In this document: one piece after another, positions 12,288 to 26,229 of the stretch | Position numbering within the stretch: position 1 is the first letter of the stretch | Layout of the letters: each line of letters starts with the position of its first letter | From: Narcine bancroftii | Taxonomy: Eukaryota | Assembly: GCF_036971445.1 (NCBI RefSeq) | Contig: NC_091470.1 | Location: 348,998,001 to 349,062,000, forward strand | DNA: 64,000 nucleotides | Direction: 5' to 3' | Position numbers and translations under genes: made by a program | The notes under the pieces: model-generated | The model's input: only the letters and a program-made list of their open reading frames with translations | The model's database searches: none | What the model was told of the DNA's origin: nothing

Positions 12288-14110
12288 TTACAAGGAGCCT
12301 CATACAGGTAGATCAGATGGACATGGAACACTGATGAGCAAAAAATTATGATATTATTGCAATCACAAAAATGTGATAAAGGGTAGAACAGAAATGTCAG
12401 AAATGGCCCAGGGTATCGAGTTTCAGACATAGCAGAGTGCAAGTCACAGTGCTGGGAGAACATAACACCAGTACTTAGAGAGGGTATCCTAGAGGAAATG
12501 TCCAGTGAAACCATGTAGATTAACAGAGAAAAGACCACTTTGAGGGGCCTATACTGTCGACCTCAGTGAGATTAGAGGAACAGATATGTAGGCCAATTGC
12601 CAAATGTTGTAAGAGGATTTTAACTTTCCCAATATTGGCTGGGGCTGTTTCAATGCCAGAAGCATAGAGGGGCCTGAATGTATTCGGAGCAGGCAAGAAA
12701 GATTTTGGAGACAATATTTCTGGAAGAAAATTATGGAGTTTTTGGAGCATTTATTCAAAATTGATCCATTACTTTTTTTACTGGGATATATGACAACTTT
12801 GAAAGTTGGTTTAAAATTGGATAAGTTTCAAATAGCATTTATTCATCTGGCTTTGGCAGTGGCTAGAAAATGTATAGCGGTTACATTGAAAAATGATATA
12901 CAGTTAAATATTCAACGATAGCATAATGAATTTAAATCCTGTATTTATTTAGAAAAAAATAACTCATAATTTACATGATAATTATTCTTTTTTTACTAAA
13001 ATGTGGACTCCATATTTAAAAAGTATGGATTTAAATATACTTTAAATAGTTTATAGATATGGCACACTCCACGGCATATAATTAATTGATTGATGTATTA
13101 GGCTCCCATTTTAGGAGCGATGGGTGTTTTTTTAGTTGGGAGGGGGGAAGGGGTAGTAGGAAATTATTATGTATTATGTATTTTGATAATGATTTATGTA
13201 AGATGTTTTTTAGATGTATGCTTGTATTTTATAATACATCAAGTTTTTAAAAAAGGAGACAATATTTCGATACTCCTACTGGAAACAGGGCAGTAATTGA
13301 CATTAGTTTAAGATGTGGAACTAGCCAAGTGGTAAAAGTGTCACTGGGGAATAATGACCATAATTCTGTTGGTTTCCAGGTAATTATATAAAGAGGTAAG
13401 GTTGGTCCTAGATAACATCTAGAACTGAAGCACGGTTGTTTTCAATGGTGTTTTAAAGGACATGACAAAAGTAGATTGCAAATGCTTGTAGTTAAACCAG
13501 AAGCTGACATGTGGGACCCTTTAAAAAAAAAGTCATAATCTTATTTAATGGAGGAGCAGATTCGAATGGCCAAATGGCCTACGCCTGCACCTTTTTCTTA
13601 TGTTCATACATTCTAAAAGATTGGTTAGGCTGCACTTAGAGTATTGTGTATAGTTCTGGTCGCCAGTCTACAGCACGGATATGGTGGCAGAGGAGATTCA
13701 CCAGGATGTCACCTGGTATGGAGGACTGTGGTTATAAAGAAAGATTGGACAAGCTGGGAGGAGTGACCTGATCAGAATTTTGAAAAATTTGAGTGCCATC
13801 AATAGGTTAGATAGTCAAAATCATTTTCTCAGGGTGAGAGAGAGACTAGAAACAGATGGCACAGGTTAAATTCTCCCCTTTCACCTTTAGAGATTTAAGG
13901 AGTGGGTTTTTCTCACAGAGGGTGGCGGATATTTGGAACAAGCTCTGGCGGCATGCACTGCCACAACATTTGAAAGGCATTTGGATGGATTATTTTATAG
14001 GAAAGCGGCAGGGAGATACAACCTAATGCAGGTAAATGGGATTAGTGCAGATGGTTGATATGGATGAAGTGAGCCATGTGGACTGACACTGAAGAAAGTT
14101 CCATATCCCC
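12288..14110 (+). mobile_element. Old CR1 LINE (endonuclease to 3' end, internally deleted), interrupted by an L1; 5' part at ~11140-11340
   Basis: Decayed DIIAIT, DFNFPNI, DHNSV motifs, then RLHLEYCV*FWSP and a CR1 3' UTR. Confidence 0.75.
12721..13254 (+). mobile_element. 5'-truncated L1 LINE with 14-bp TSD
   Basis: ORF2 C-terminus FLLG..LALAVARKCIA, G-rich 3' UTR, A tail; TSD ggagacaatatttc at 12707-12720 and 13255-13268. Confidence 0.85.
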
Positions 14111-14129
14111 CTGATAAGTGGACCCCTTG

Positions 14130-15625
14130 TATAGCTGTAGCCGAGGTGAGGAGAACCGTATCCAGGGTTAACCCACAAAAGACCAGTACCTTGTCGAGTA
14201 CTAAAGGATTGCGCATACCAGCTGACGGAGGTCCTTTCGGACATCCTCAGCACATAACTGCAGCAATCCATCATCCCTGCAGGTTTCAAGATGGCCACCA
14301 TTATTTCAGTACCCAAAGGGTGACACTTATAGGCCTCAATGACTATAGCCCATGGCACTGACCTCTACTATTATGAAATTCTTCAAGCATCTGGTGATGG
14401 AATGCATCAAAGCACACCTCCTAGAGACTCTAGACCCATTTAAATTCACCTGTAGACAAAACCATTTCACTGATGATTCTATAGCCTTGTCCCTCCACTA
14501 TGTCCTGACCCACCTGGAAAATAACGCCTCATATACCAGGCTTTCGTCAACTTCAGCTTGGTGTGTTTAATACAATCTTTCCCCAGAGGCTAGTGAAGAA
14601 GCTGTCCTCACTGGGACTGAACATCTCTCTCTTTAACTGGATTAAGGACTTGCTAATGGAAGGACGAAAGGCTGTCCAGGTTGGTAGCGGAACGTCAAGC
14701 ATGGTCACACGCCCATTCATGCTGCTCACCAAGGACTGTAATGCCAGATCCAGCTCCAACAGAGTCATCAAGTTTGCACATGACAGAAGTTGTCCCCATC
14801 AGCAATAATGATGATTTGCACCATAGAGAAGAGGTGGAAAATCTCACAATATGGTGTGAGAATAACAACCTGAGTCGCAACGTGGACAAGACAAAGGAGA
14901 TGATTGTGAAATTCAGGAGGACCAGGGACGACACCCCTCCACTGCACATTAATAGTTCGGTAGTGGAGAAAGTAGAGGACACCAGGTTCCTCAGAGTCCC
15001 TTTAAGAAGTGACCTATCCTGGTCACACAACCTCTCCTCACTCGTCAGAATCTGAGAGGACTGAGGCAGGCAACGCTACCAGCCAGCATCCTGTCAACTA
15101 CTTACAGTAGCTTATTGAGATTGTCCGGGCCGGCTGCATTGCAGTGAGATACGGTTGCCGTTGAGCATTGGATCGGAGGTCAATCCACAGGTCCAGAAGA
15201 GCGTCAGCGAGGATCACTTGGGACTCTCTTCCTTTCATCGATGTGATCTACCAGGATTGTTGTTTGAAGAGGCTCACAAAATCGTTGAAGACGCCTACAG
15301 CATCTTTCTGCTGCTCCCGACGGGAAAGAGACAACAGAGTATCAGAGCCAACACCACCAAGCTTCTTTCCATGGGCAGTGAGACTGCTGAACGACTGAAT
15401 AAACTGCTCATACAAACCCTCTGCAACACTTCTATTTATAAAATAAAGTCCATTTATTTATTTATTTTTGTATATACATATATACTGCATTCTGTATGTA
15501 TCATTTGCCTGCATGTTTGTTATGTCTAGATGTGTGTTTACATTTTTTTGCACCAAGGACCAGAGAACGCTGTTTCATCGAATTGTATTTGTCAGATAGG
15601 ATGATAATAAATTGGAATGAGAACT
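14130..15625 (+). mobile_element. Rex1/Babar LINE, decayed RT and 3' UTR
   Basis: ALTSTIMKFFKHLV, FNTIFPQRLV, VIKFAHD, WCENNNL..NVDKTKEMIV, SFFPWAVRLLN motifs. Confidence 0.9.
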
Positions 15626-15844
15626 TTATTTCTGAGCTGTTCATTTCCATGATTCCATGATTAATGAACCGTGAAAATGGAGTTTGCACATTCATCTTGC
15701 GACCGCAGGCGTTTGTTCCAGACTCCCTGGTTTCCTCCCGCCTCCCAAAGCAAGGTTGTAGGTTCATTGGCCACTGTAAATCATAGCTGAGTGTAGGAGT
15801 TGATGAGAATGTGGGGTTAAAGTTTGATTAGCATAGTATTACTG

Positions 15845-16711
15845 CAAATGGCGGCACTGCCACTAGTGCGGCCCTGCGGGGAGTGGAGACACAGCGTCGC
15901 CCCTCGGGCTCCAACCACCCAGTCTGACTACTATTGGCTTTGTATGGGCTTCAAACATCCTGTTAAAGGAGCTGACAGTGGTTTATTTTCAAATCCTGTG
16001 CCCAAAGGATCTTGTCCCAAGATGCCAGCACCAATGTTTGGCAGTGGACTTGAGCGTTTGCAGACTCCAGAGAAGCAGAGGGTTGGCAGAGGACACCAGA
16101 AAATGGGGAGGCCATTCCACCACCCCCCCCCCTCCCCATTTGTGAAGGAGAACCAGAAAAGTTGACTCACAGGATGGTGACCGCAGTAGCCAACCAGCAA
16201 GGGGCTCTGAGGTTGAAGAACACACAGGCTTTTGGCAGCTCAAGATGAAGGGCCCGCACAAGCTGCGGGCTGTGGGTAATTCAACGTGAGCAACCCACAC
16301 AGATTACAGGCTGTTGACAACTGCAGTGAAGGGACTCACACCAGGTAGTGGGCTGCTGGACACTGGCTCAAGATTGGCTGAAAGGGTACGAGATATTGGA
16401 ATCTAGATGTGAGAGGGTGCTGAGAGTTTCCTGATCAGATCAGAGTTTTGGATCTGGAGCTCGGGTTGCCAATGGTTTGAACTGAAGGCTGCAGAAGCTG
16501 TGGGAACACTGGAGGTGAATCCATTGGCACTCGGTAACTCTGGGGGTGGTGGGGGGGAATTCTTTTTCTTTGCTTTCTCTGACTGTAAGGAGCGCCGGGC
16601 AATTTCTGCTGGTGGAAAATCTTTGTCTGCCTTGCAGGAGACTGAAGGTGATTTTGTGTAACAATGTATTTTCTGTTTTTATTATATTAAAAGAATCTTG
16701 AATCTTGAATG
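15845..16711 (+). mobile_element. Long non-autonomous retroelement (SINE-like) with Rex1-type tail
   Basis: GC-rich head aaatggcggc, no ORF, ends ctttgtctgccttgcag...attaaaagaatcttgaatcttga. Confidence 0.4.
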
Positions 16712-17002
16712 TGGCCATCTCACTGTGACTCTCTGTCTCTATCCACCTCTGTGGTATTGCCTAACTTGGTCAAAATCTTCTAGATCTACAAAATCCTCGA
16801 CACCATTCAGTCATTTCTCACTTACCACCTGACTTAACCTCTGTACTACCAATCAACCACAATCAGTCTGAGAATCATGATTAATGGGCTTTAATCACCT
16901 TAAAGTGTCAGTTCAGCTTGCATTCCGCTGGCCTAATTCCAAGGCAGGTACTGAGGGAGGGTTTTGGGCGTAACAGCCTTTATGGGGATATCTGCGAAGG
17001 AG

Positions 17003-17925
17003 TGTTATGAGCCTAACATGGATGAGCCCCCATAAAATGTTACAAGCCCAGAGGACCCCAAAACCCAACAGCAATAACAACCCCCTTCTAATTCTAAACG
17101 CACATGTGTGTAATGTGTGTGTAAGTTCAGAAAGGTTCTTTGGTTCACAGTCCAATCCCATTCCTCCAAGTTCACTGGTTGCAAGCAATTCTCATACTGT
17201 GCACAGAATTTAACATTTACAAAGTTCACCAGGCTTTGGTGCTTGAAAGGTAAATGGTTACCACTCAGGAAGGTTCTTGTTGGTTTTCAGAGAGAGATTT
17301 GTTGTTCTAGGACATACACAACTGATGTACTTCCACCAACCACTCCAGTGTCTTCCTGACAAAACTTGCCCCTTCAGGTATTCTCCAGATGATAACCTCT
17401 TTCTTTCAGATCACCACAGAGTTCCTTTATGTTTCCCTTATTCCAAGTGAATGAAACATTAGACAGCCATTCCTCTCCTCTTGCATGAACCACAAGGGCT
17501 TTGACTAGGCCATCTTCCAAACTGGGCTTCTTGGCAGCTTGTCCTGTTCCAGTTCCAGCTGCTCTTGCTGACTGTACAAGTGATCTCTGTGTCTCTCTCC
17601 CTCTCACTCAGAGAGAACAGCCTGTTTGACTCTCTCTGCTTACAGAACCATATGACCGACTTACAACAGCAAGCTCTCCTTTGAGACAGCAGTGGCACAG
17701 ACATACTCTTTCATCTGTTGCCTTTGGTTAAAAAAAATGAATTAGTGAAGTCTCTTGAGCACTCTCTAACACTTTTGCAAAAGCTGTTGACGCCCTGATA
17801 TGTCTAGCATTAGCAGAGCTCCAGTATTTCAAATAAGATTTGTTTTTTAAGTGTTTGTATGTGCCCTACTCTAACAAACCTTTCCCAATTTATCTCCCAA
17901 AAACATATCTATATACTTTGTCACA
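17003..17925 (-). mobile_element. ~1-kb solo LTR, family A
   Basis: TGTTATGAG...TGTCACA termini; imperfect TSD aggag/gggag. Confidence 0.88.
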
Positions 17926-18479
17926 GGGAGGGCTCACCTGTAGCACCACAACCTTCTGCCTAACTTGCATCTGTTTTGTTTATCACCCTTTGAATTGCTA
18001 GCATGCACTAGCAATGCTGTAATTTTGCCACTCTGCTCAATGCCTCTCACTTTATCACTAATCTCTCTCTTAACACAACACTCCAAGAACTCTTTGCTCC
18101 TCCATTTTTCCACATACTAGTTTAGTTCAATCCACCATTGCAACCAGAACTTCAATTGCCTACATCCTAAGATCCAGAATTTGCTCAACACTTTTCCACT
18201 TTTTCTTACTTTTAAAATCGAGCCTAAAGATGAGTGCTCAATGCCACATTGACAGCTTCTTCCCTGTTCCCATCAGATCCCTAAATAATCATTGAACTTT
18301 TCATGCACTACTCTTTTCATTCTTTTTATTTATAGTAATATTGTAAGGTGGTCATAATATGAAATGTTTGCACTTTGATACTGCTGCAAAACACCAAATT
18401 TCATGACTATTCATGACAATAAATTCTGATTCTGATTCTGAATATTCCTTAAACCCACATCTTCAACCAAGTTTTTGGT

Positions 18480-19150
18480 TACCCACTGATCCTATGCGCT
18501 GAGCAATGGCCGTCTTCATTACCTATAATCCCCCATGCAGCTGGATCCACTCTGCGTTTTATGCGGGATTTTGGGTAATGAAGACAACCATTGATCCCAC
18601 ATTATAAAATCTGAGGCTCGTTCTTCCAGCTCTTCTGCCCAGTGCTGCCCCTCTGGCATACTAAGCCTGGCTCATCGCTCCCCTTTTATGTCCATCGGAC
18701 TCCCCAGCTCTGCTTCTCTGTGTCCCCTCCTCAGCATCTGCCTCAGCCTTCTGGCCTCGGCGGTTCAGCAGGCTTCAACTCTCCTTGCCCCCACTAGGGC
18801 TCCACGCTTTTTGTGGTGTACTCCCCCTCACCTTGCGCGTCCATTCCCATTCTCCCCGGCTCCTCGCTGCCCTCCTGCTCCTTGGTCTCAGTGGCCTTGG
18901 TGAAGGAGCAAAGGGAGGAGGGGCAATGCAAGGTGGACATTTCCGGGTGGCAGGAGGGAGCCCTAACCCCAGCACCAATCACATTGGGAGCCCTAGTGGT
19001 GGCTCCTGGGTCGCAGGCTGATGATGTATGTCATCATAACATCATCAGCCCGCCCCTAAACAGCCGCATTCAGCAAGGTGGAAGGTCTCGCTCCATCTCT
19101 GGGACTACCCCCTGGATGGATCGGAGTCTACATCTAGCATCCACTGTCAG
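18480..19150. mobile_element. Unclassified GC-rich multi-hairpin element
   Basis: Inverted repeats 18504-18593, 18791-18803/18987-18999, 19016-19027/19039-19050. Confidence 0.45.
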
Positions 19151-20339
19151 CATTTTTATAAAGGTAGGTGAAACAATGAAAAGGCAGGGAATATCCACCT
19201 TTACATTTGTTTTGTTCCCACTATAAAAAGGCTTCATGAGTGCTGCTGTGAAGCATAATGGTTTTACTGAAGATATTATTTAAATGAGTTCTTGCCCTGA
19301 GGTGTTATCTTTGTTTACCATTCTGAATATTTCCAGTAATTTTTGGTTTTTATGTAGAATGTAAAATATCCAACAAGCATCTGTGGAGAGACAAACTGAG
19401 TTAACATTTCAAGTCAATGTTCTTGTCAGTTCCAAAGATGCATTTTTTTTATTTGCAGTTCCAAGGAAAGGTCATCATTCATAAATGTTAACTGTTGAAC
19501 TTTCCACAGAAACTCCCTGATCAGCTGAGAATTCCAAGTATTTTCTTTTTTATTTTGCAATTCATTGTTTTAATCATTGCTTCCCACGTTTGTTTCAGAT
19601 TTTTAATACCTGCAGTGCCTTTGCTTTATCTACAATTGCAAGTGTTCTTGCTGTTAAAACAACCTACCACATGATTTTTTTTCACCAAAATAACTTTTAA
19701 AAGCACGACAAAATCTGTTTGCGGACACTTTATTGTTCTCCCTGAAGAATTAAAGGGCATGGTGGCTTGAACTCGATTTTCAATGCCTCTGTGCGAACCA
19801 CTGAAATATTTTCTGTCACTGAAAATTGTCTTTCTCCGGATCATTTTTCCCAAAGGAAAATAGTGAAGATATAATTTTATAAGTTTACAACTAATTCCCA
19901 TCCATACATAAATATTGTCTAGTTAAGACAGTGCAAGGTATGAAAATTGACTTGGACCAGCATCTGTGAGAGATAAGCATTTCATGTAATCTCCAGATGA
20001 AGTTGCAATGAGACATTCTGACCGTCATTCATTTCTTTCTACCCTTCAGTGTGGTCATTGTCTTGTAAACTTTTTCAAATGTGAATTTTAAGGGGGACAG
20101 ACTGCATGAGGATGGATGGGGTGGGGGGGGGCGAGACCTGCTACGGTTATTGTCAACATGAGATCTATGCGTTTTATTGCCCTGATTTTTGAAAAGTGTT
20201 CAACTGTGATGGTCTACAATTTAGGACAGCCCTTGTATTGGCCTTACACAATTTCTGCTCAGTGCTCTGCACTGTTTTTAACGGAATGATATTTTTTCCT
20301 GATAATATACTCAACACTTTTATAAAAAATTTTTTGTAT

Positions 20340-21610
20340 AACCTCAGAATTTATTACCATGAACATGTCATGAAATTTGTTGCTTTGCAGTAACATCAGT
20401 GTTCAAATATTGCTATAAAATTATGTTTTAAAATAAATAGAATTGTGCAAAAATATGAGAAAATGAGGTTGTGTCTGTGCTTCATTGTCCATTCAGAAAT
20501 CTGATGACAGAGGGGAAGAAGCTGCCCTTGTGCCTCTGGGTGTTCGTCTTCAGGCTCCTGGACCTCATTCTCATTGGTGGCAGTATGAAGAGGACATGTC
20601 CTGGGTGGTGAAGGTCCTTGAGGATCAAGACTGCTTTCTTACGTGATCGCCTCTTATGTCCTCAGTGGAGTGGAGACTGATGCTTGTGACGGCGCTGGCC
20701 AACTTCACAACTCTCTGGCATTTTTCTTGTCCTGTCATCTCCATACTAGTCAGTAATGCAAACACTCAGAATGCTCTCCACGAAACACCTATAGAAATTT
20801 GCAAAAGTCTTTGGTGATATAACAAATCTCCTCAAACTTCTCACAAAGCATAGCCGCTGGCGAGCCTTCTTCACGATTACATCAACATGGTGACTCCGGA
20901 ATAGAAATTCAGAGATGTTAACCCTTTCCTCTGCTGACCCCTTGATGAGAACTTTTTCATGTCCTCCTGATTTCCTCCAGAAGTTCACAATTCGCTCTTT
21001 GGTTTTGATAACTTTGAGTGCAAGGTTGTTGTTGTGACACCACTCAACTATCTGATCTAGCTCCTTCCTGCACACATCCTCATTGCCATTTGTGATTCTG
21101 CCGTGATGACGTTGGCAAATTTGTAGATGACATTTGAACTGTTACTAGCCACACAGTTAAGGGTTATAGCTAGTAGACCAGTGGGATAAGCACGCATCCT
21201 TGAGGTGTGCCTATGTTAATCATTAGTGAGGAGATGTTTCCGATTCATACTGACTTTGGTCTTCCGATGAGGAACTCAAGGATCCTGTTGTAGAACCCCA
21301 ACCTTTGTTAACCAGCTCTGAGCTGTACTTGATGAGGAGTAGCTGGATGTACCTGTTTCTGTTGTCTCGGTGAGCCAATGCTAAGTGATATTGTATCTGC
21401 TGTGGAGTAATTGACAAGGTAGGTGAATTCCAAGTCTTGGCTAAGGTGTGAGTTAATCTCTCAAAGCATTTAATCACAGTATATGTGAATGCTACTGAGT
21501 GATAGGCATTGAGGCAGCTAGGTCTGCTCTTCCCGGACACTGGTATGATTGATGCCTTTTTGAATCAGGTGGGAACCTCCAAATGCATAAATGAAGCATT
21601 GAAAATGACT
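20340..21610 (-). mobile_element. Rex1/Babar LINE fragment
   Basis: EWCHNNNLALKVIKTKE, KKARQRLCFVRSLRRF, NFYRCFVESIL, SCLNAYHSVAFT. Confidence 0.9.
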
Positions 21611-21989
21611 GTCAACAGTCAACACCCCCCCCCCCCCTCCACCGCTAGCTCTAGGCTGATTTACCTGGATAGCGTACAAAACAAAACTTTCACTGTATGC
21701 TGGTACACTTGACAATAAACAATGCAATTCAATTAAAGCAGGAATATTATGTTTCTGTCTCTTTCAGAATATCATGGAAGTCTTGGTGGCTGCAGAAATC
21801 CTTTATTGATATTGAAATAGGAGATGTCAATTCAGAAGGAGGATTAAAAAAAAGGTGTAATGATCTCATAAGTCCAACAAACAGCAATGCATCCCTTACA
21901 TTAGTTTCATACTATTCTCTTCAACCCTGCCCACCAGATTCAATTATTTTCTTCAATATATGTTCATCGAATGCTGGTCTCAGGAAAAA

Positions 21990-22520
21990 AGAGGGTGGCA
22001 TGGCTAGCAGAGCGGTTCGCATACCACTTGTACGGTGGCAGTAACCTGGGTTCATATCCGGTGTTGTCTGTAAGGAATTACAATCAGCATTTATTGTCAT
22101 GAACACATCACGAAATTTAGGCAGTACTAACGTTTTCCCCATGTACTTGTGGGCTTCCTTCAGGTTCTCAGAATTTATCGTCATGAACAAGTCACAAAAT
22201 TTGGTGCTTTGCGGCTTTGCGGCAGCATCACAGTGAAAGCCTTCATATTAAGAACCATCTTTCAACCATAATGTGTAAAATAAATAAATAAATAGAAATC
22301 ATCATGCACGAAAAGTAAGGCAGTGTCTTTGGTTCAATGATCGTTCAGGAATCTGATGATGGCAATGGGGAAGAAGCTGTCGCTGTGCGGCTGAGTGCTT
22401 CAGTTTCCTCCCACTCTTTAAAAACATGCAGGGTTTGTAGGTTAATTGATTCATTGTGGCCTCACAGGCTCGTGCGCCATCAGGGCCTGATAATATGCTG
22501 AAGGCCTAACTTTAATTTAA
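21990..22520 (+). mobile_element. V-SINE/HE1-like SINE split by two reverse Rex1 tails
   Basis: SINE head at 21990-22080, reverse ...ttgtcatgaac tails at ~22082 and ~22168, SINE tail resumes at ~22400. Confidence 0.65.
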
Positions 22521-22830
22521 AGCAATCTTAAAAACCTCTCTGAGTTATTCCAAGGCAATCTTATCTTTTTATTCTTCTCTCCACTTATTTCTCCCATCAC
22601 ACACAACCAGGCGCACAATTGCCAATGACCTCATCCCTAACCTTACATTAGAGGAACTGCAGATCCTTGAATCAGGGACAAAGAAGAAACAATCTGCTGG
22701 GAAAATTCCGTTGGGCGAGAGCATCTATGGGGGTTGGTGGATGGGGGTGGGGGGGGGGGGCAGTGTTTCATGTCAGAAACCTTAAGACTTGATTATTTTC
22801 CTGGTTTGTACTTCAGAGTTCAGAGGTCAC

Positions 22831-23038
22831 TGTAGAGTACATCGAAAGAACCAAAGACTTGTTGATCCAAACCAAGGCTTAAAATTAACTAGAAGACTGA
22901 AGGATATCACATGTAGGTCGACCAGTCCAGAATGACCTGGTCTGGCTAGTAGGCGTGGCTACACTCTCAGCCAATCACAGTCATCCTACTCTACAATCTG
23001 TACATAGACACATTGGTGATAGAAGCTGTACTATCACA
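22831..23038 (-). mobile_element. Short solo LTR (family B) with 5-bp TSD
   Basis: TG...CA termini, TSD gtcac at 22826-22830 and 23039-23043; opposite-orientation copy at 30384. Confidence 0.88.
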
Positions 23039-23435
23039 GTCACCCTTGCAGATTTTCTGGGATTTGCATGGATTTTCCTTCTTGGGCCTGATGATAACAT
23101 TCTTCTCGAAATTTCTAAAGAAATAGGTGTGAAACTTCTCACATCCGTAAACATTTGTTAAGAAATGTACTCTTGCCATGCAATATTGAACGAGAGCATG
23201 GCAAGAGCCGCTGTAACGGGAGCATGCTTTTCTTCATTATTCGAGTTCTTATTTGTGTGTCTATGTTAAAGACCCAATGAAGAATCAATGTCTTTTGACA
23301 TAATGATCTCCAATGCAAAGAGCATCAAAATTACATTTCTATACAGAGATAAAAGGGTCAAATTTAATCACTAACTGAATTCTTAAACATTCCTGGCTGG
23401 CACTTCTGATCAATGAGTGTCATTTTCACTATTTT

Positions 23436-23670
23436 CACAGTTAGCGTAGCGGTTAACACAACATTACTGCAGCGACCCAGGTTCAAATCTGACGCTGTCT
23501 CTAAGGAGTTTGTACATTCTTCCCGTGTCTACATGGGTATCCTCTGGGTGCTCTGGTTTCCTCCCACCCTCCAAATCGTATGGAGGTTGTATGTGAATTG
23601 GAGTACATGGGCAGCACAGGCTTGTGGACCCGAAGGGCCTGTTCCCATGCTGCATGTTTCTTTTTAAACA
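23436..23670 (+). mobile_element. V-SINE/HE1-like SINE
   Basis: cagttagcgtagcggttaac, ggttcaaatc B box, ggtttcctccca core, cccgaagggcctgtt tail. Confidence 0.85.
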
Positions 23671-25749
23671 TTTTAAGTTTAAAATTTTAAAATTCCCTTG
23701 CAAAGGCTATTGGCAAAAGATGCATAAATTCAGCAAGGTCAAAAATGAAAACAAGGCCATGGATCAATTCCCACTTTGTCAACTGTAAAATTTGGGCTAC
23801 TGTGAAATACACGGCCACATTATACAGGTCCTTCAAGTCTGAAAAACAAAAGGGGAAGATGCTACCTGATGAAATCTGAGTCGGTTATCCAAACCATGGA
23901 GCAACTTGCAAAAAGACCCTTCCCTGGTAGAAATTATTTTGTTCACTCATTTCAATTGGGCTATTGACAAGTTGGCCTCCTTGAAGATCAATGAATTAAG
24001 GTTTTCAACCAATCATTTTAAAAATTATGATTAAACTGAAGCAAGTGTTATCCCACAATTCTGTCTGACCTGCTCATTTTTTCCCCTGCAAGTTCTATTT
24101 TTATTTCAGATTTCCGACACCTTTGGTTGTCTCTATTAATACTGGTGTTTTGTTTAAAACTTTAGCATGTCATTTTCATCGATGCGGTTATCTTGAATAC
24201 TTAGAATAAATAGTCTGTGATTGGATTGATCCATTCTCTTTGATGACAATGGGTAACTTTTAAAATAGCTTATATTTTCCTGATTAAAGACAAAGAACAT
24301 GATTTTTTTAATGATTTATTTTACTATCTCAACCTGTCTGGCAGGCATTTTCATCCTCACCACAGGACTTGATTTCTCCATATTATTTGTTTCTTTTGAG
24401 GCTCCTTAAAACCTGATGGAAGTGCAGCAGTCCCCTTCCAAATAAAATATGGTGCATCAGAGTGTGGCGCTGCCTCTTAGCTCCTGGGATCTGGGTCGAA
24501 TCTGACACAAAGAAATGCTGGAGGAACTCAACAGGCCTTAGGCTGGCCATTCCAAAGGAGGATGTGGTTATATTTAACCATATATATGTCCTCTTTTGGA
24601 AAGGCCAGTGTTCTGACCACGGAAGCCATGCTCCGCGAGCGGGATATGTTGCCATCACCATGTCCATCAGTCTAGTAGGAGATGTGCATATTGTTGGAGA
24701 TTTTCTAAAACATTTGTCGCATGAGAGTTACTTGCCAATTGAATGCCTGACTTTATACTGAAAGGAAAATCACTGCTGTGGGTAGTTTTTTGATCCTTGG
24801 ACACTGCTGCAGGGGTGGAGATTATTACCTTCCAATAGCATCAACCTTTTTTTATTATTCTGACATTCCTTTCAAGACCCGAGATTACTGGTTTTCAGGA
24901 CTAACTGCTTCAATATGGCCAAATATCTCCAAGTCACAAATCATGACTCTATTGTCATTTAACCAATAAACCACAAAATTTACCTTAATCTTTCATAAGC
25001 TTCTATTGTCACTTCAGTAATTCTGGATTGTCTCTCAACAGTTGCTTACCTTGTACCATCCCCTATCAATAAATACAGTGCTGCAAGAAAACTCAACTTC
25101 TTTTTTGTTATTAACAAAATGTAGATTGTTTACTTTTTTCTACCTTTTCCAAAGCATTCATGAACATTTACATCCACTTAAATCAATTCACGTTTCCAGT
25201 CAATTATTTTTAATCCCTCCGCATGTCTGATCAAAAGCACTGAATCTAATGAGGTTTAAAATTGAGCCAAGTGAACATCTAATTCAGAATAAAACTGCAG
25301 GTTGGAACGACTGAGTTAGATAAAGGCTGATGTTATCCTATCATTTTTGTGTCAATGTCCAATCATTTCTTGTATGCTTCAATGTGAAAATAGTAGTTAA
25401 GTACTGGAGAAATATACAGATTTAAACCAGAAGATACTACAATAATCTCCTGAACTTCATCTTGAATAATTTGGGCACAACACCAATGGAATATTTCTCA
25501 AAATCTTCATAATTGCATGCTGCTGAGTTCATTTGATACCATCCTTGGAGTTCAATTTGATAAGGACAGCATGTCGTTTTAATTGCATCCCTCGAATGAT
25601 CAGGACTGAAACTACCCAAATCCTCCATGCAGATCAAGTTGCCCATCGAAGTGAGTTCCATTTACCTGCTCATTATTTTTATACCTTCAAACTTTTCCCG
25701 TTCATATACCTGTCTGAATGTCTTTTAAATGTTATAATTTTACATGCTT

Positions 25750-26195
25750 CTACTATGGTTGCATCACTATCTGGTATGGAGGTGCAATGTTCAGGACAAG
25801 AAAAAACTCCAGATTATTGTTAATTCGGCCTGCACCATTACGGGCACCAGACTTGAAGTGGTGTCTCAAGAAATTAAAATAAAATATTCAAAAAAAAAGC
25901 AGCCTCTATCCTCAAGGACCCCCACCACTTAGGCCATGGCCTCTTCATGCTGCTTTCATTGGGAAAAAGATCAGGAGCCTGAAGATGAGCACTCAGTGGC
26001 ACAAGGACAGCTTCTTCCCACCTGCCATCAGATTCCTGAATGATCAATGATCCAAAGACACTTCCTTACTTTGACTTTTCATGCATTATTTTTTTTAATT
26101 TTTATACAGTAGTTTATATGAATGTTTGCCCTGTGAAGCTGCCTCAAAACAATGAATTTCATGACGTGTTCATGATGATAAATTCTGATTCTGAT
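25750..26195 (+). mobile_element. Rex1-like LINE 3' end
   Basis: KDPHH...DSFFPPAIRFLN; ataaattctgattctga tail. Confidence 0.8.
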
Positions 26196-26229
26196 TTGGA
26201 CTTTCTCTGACTTCCTTGGGCCACGACTT

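Noticed and set aside
25437-25661. 74-aa minus ORF and plus-strand donor gaa|gtgagt
   Set aside because: The start and the donor fall in a CR1 3' tail remnant; the remainder has no recognisable homology
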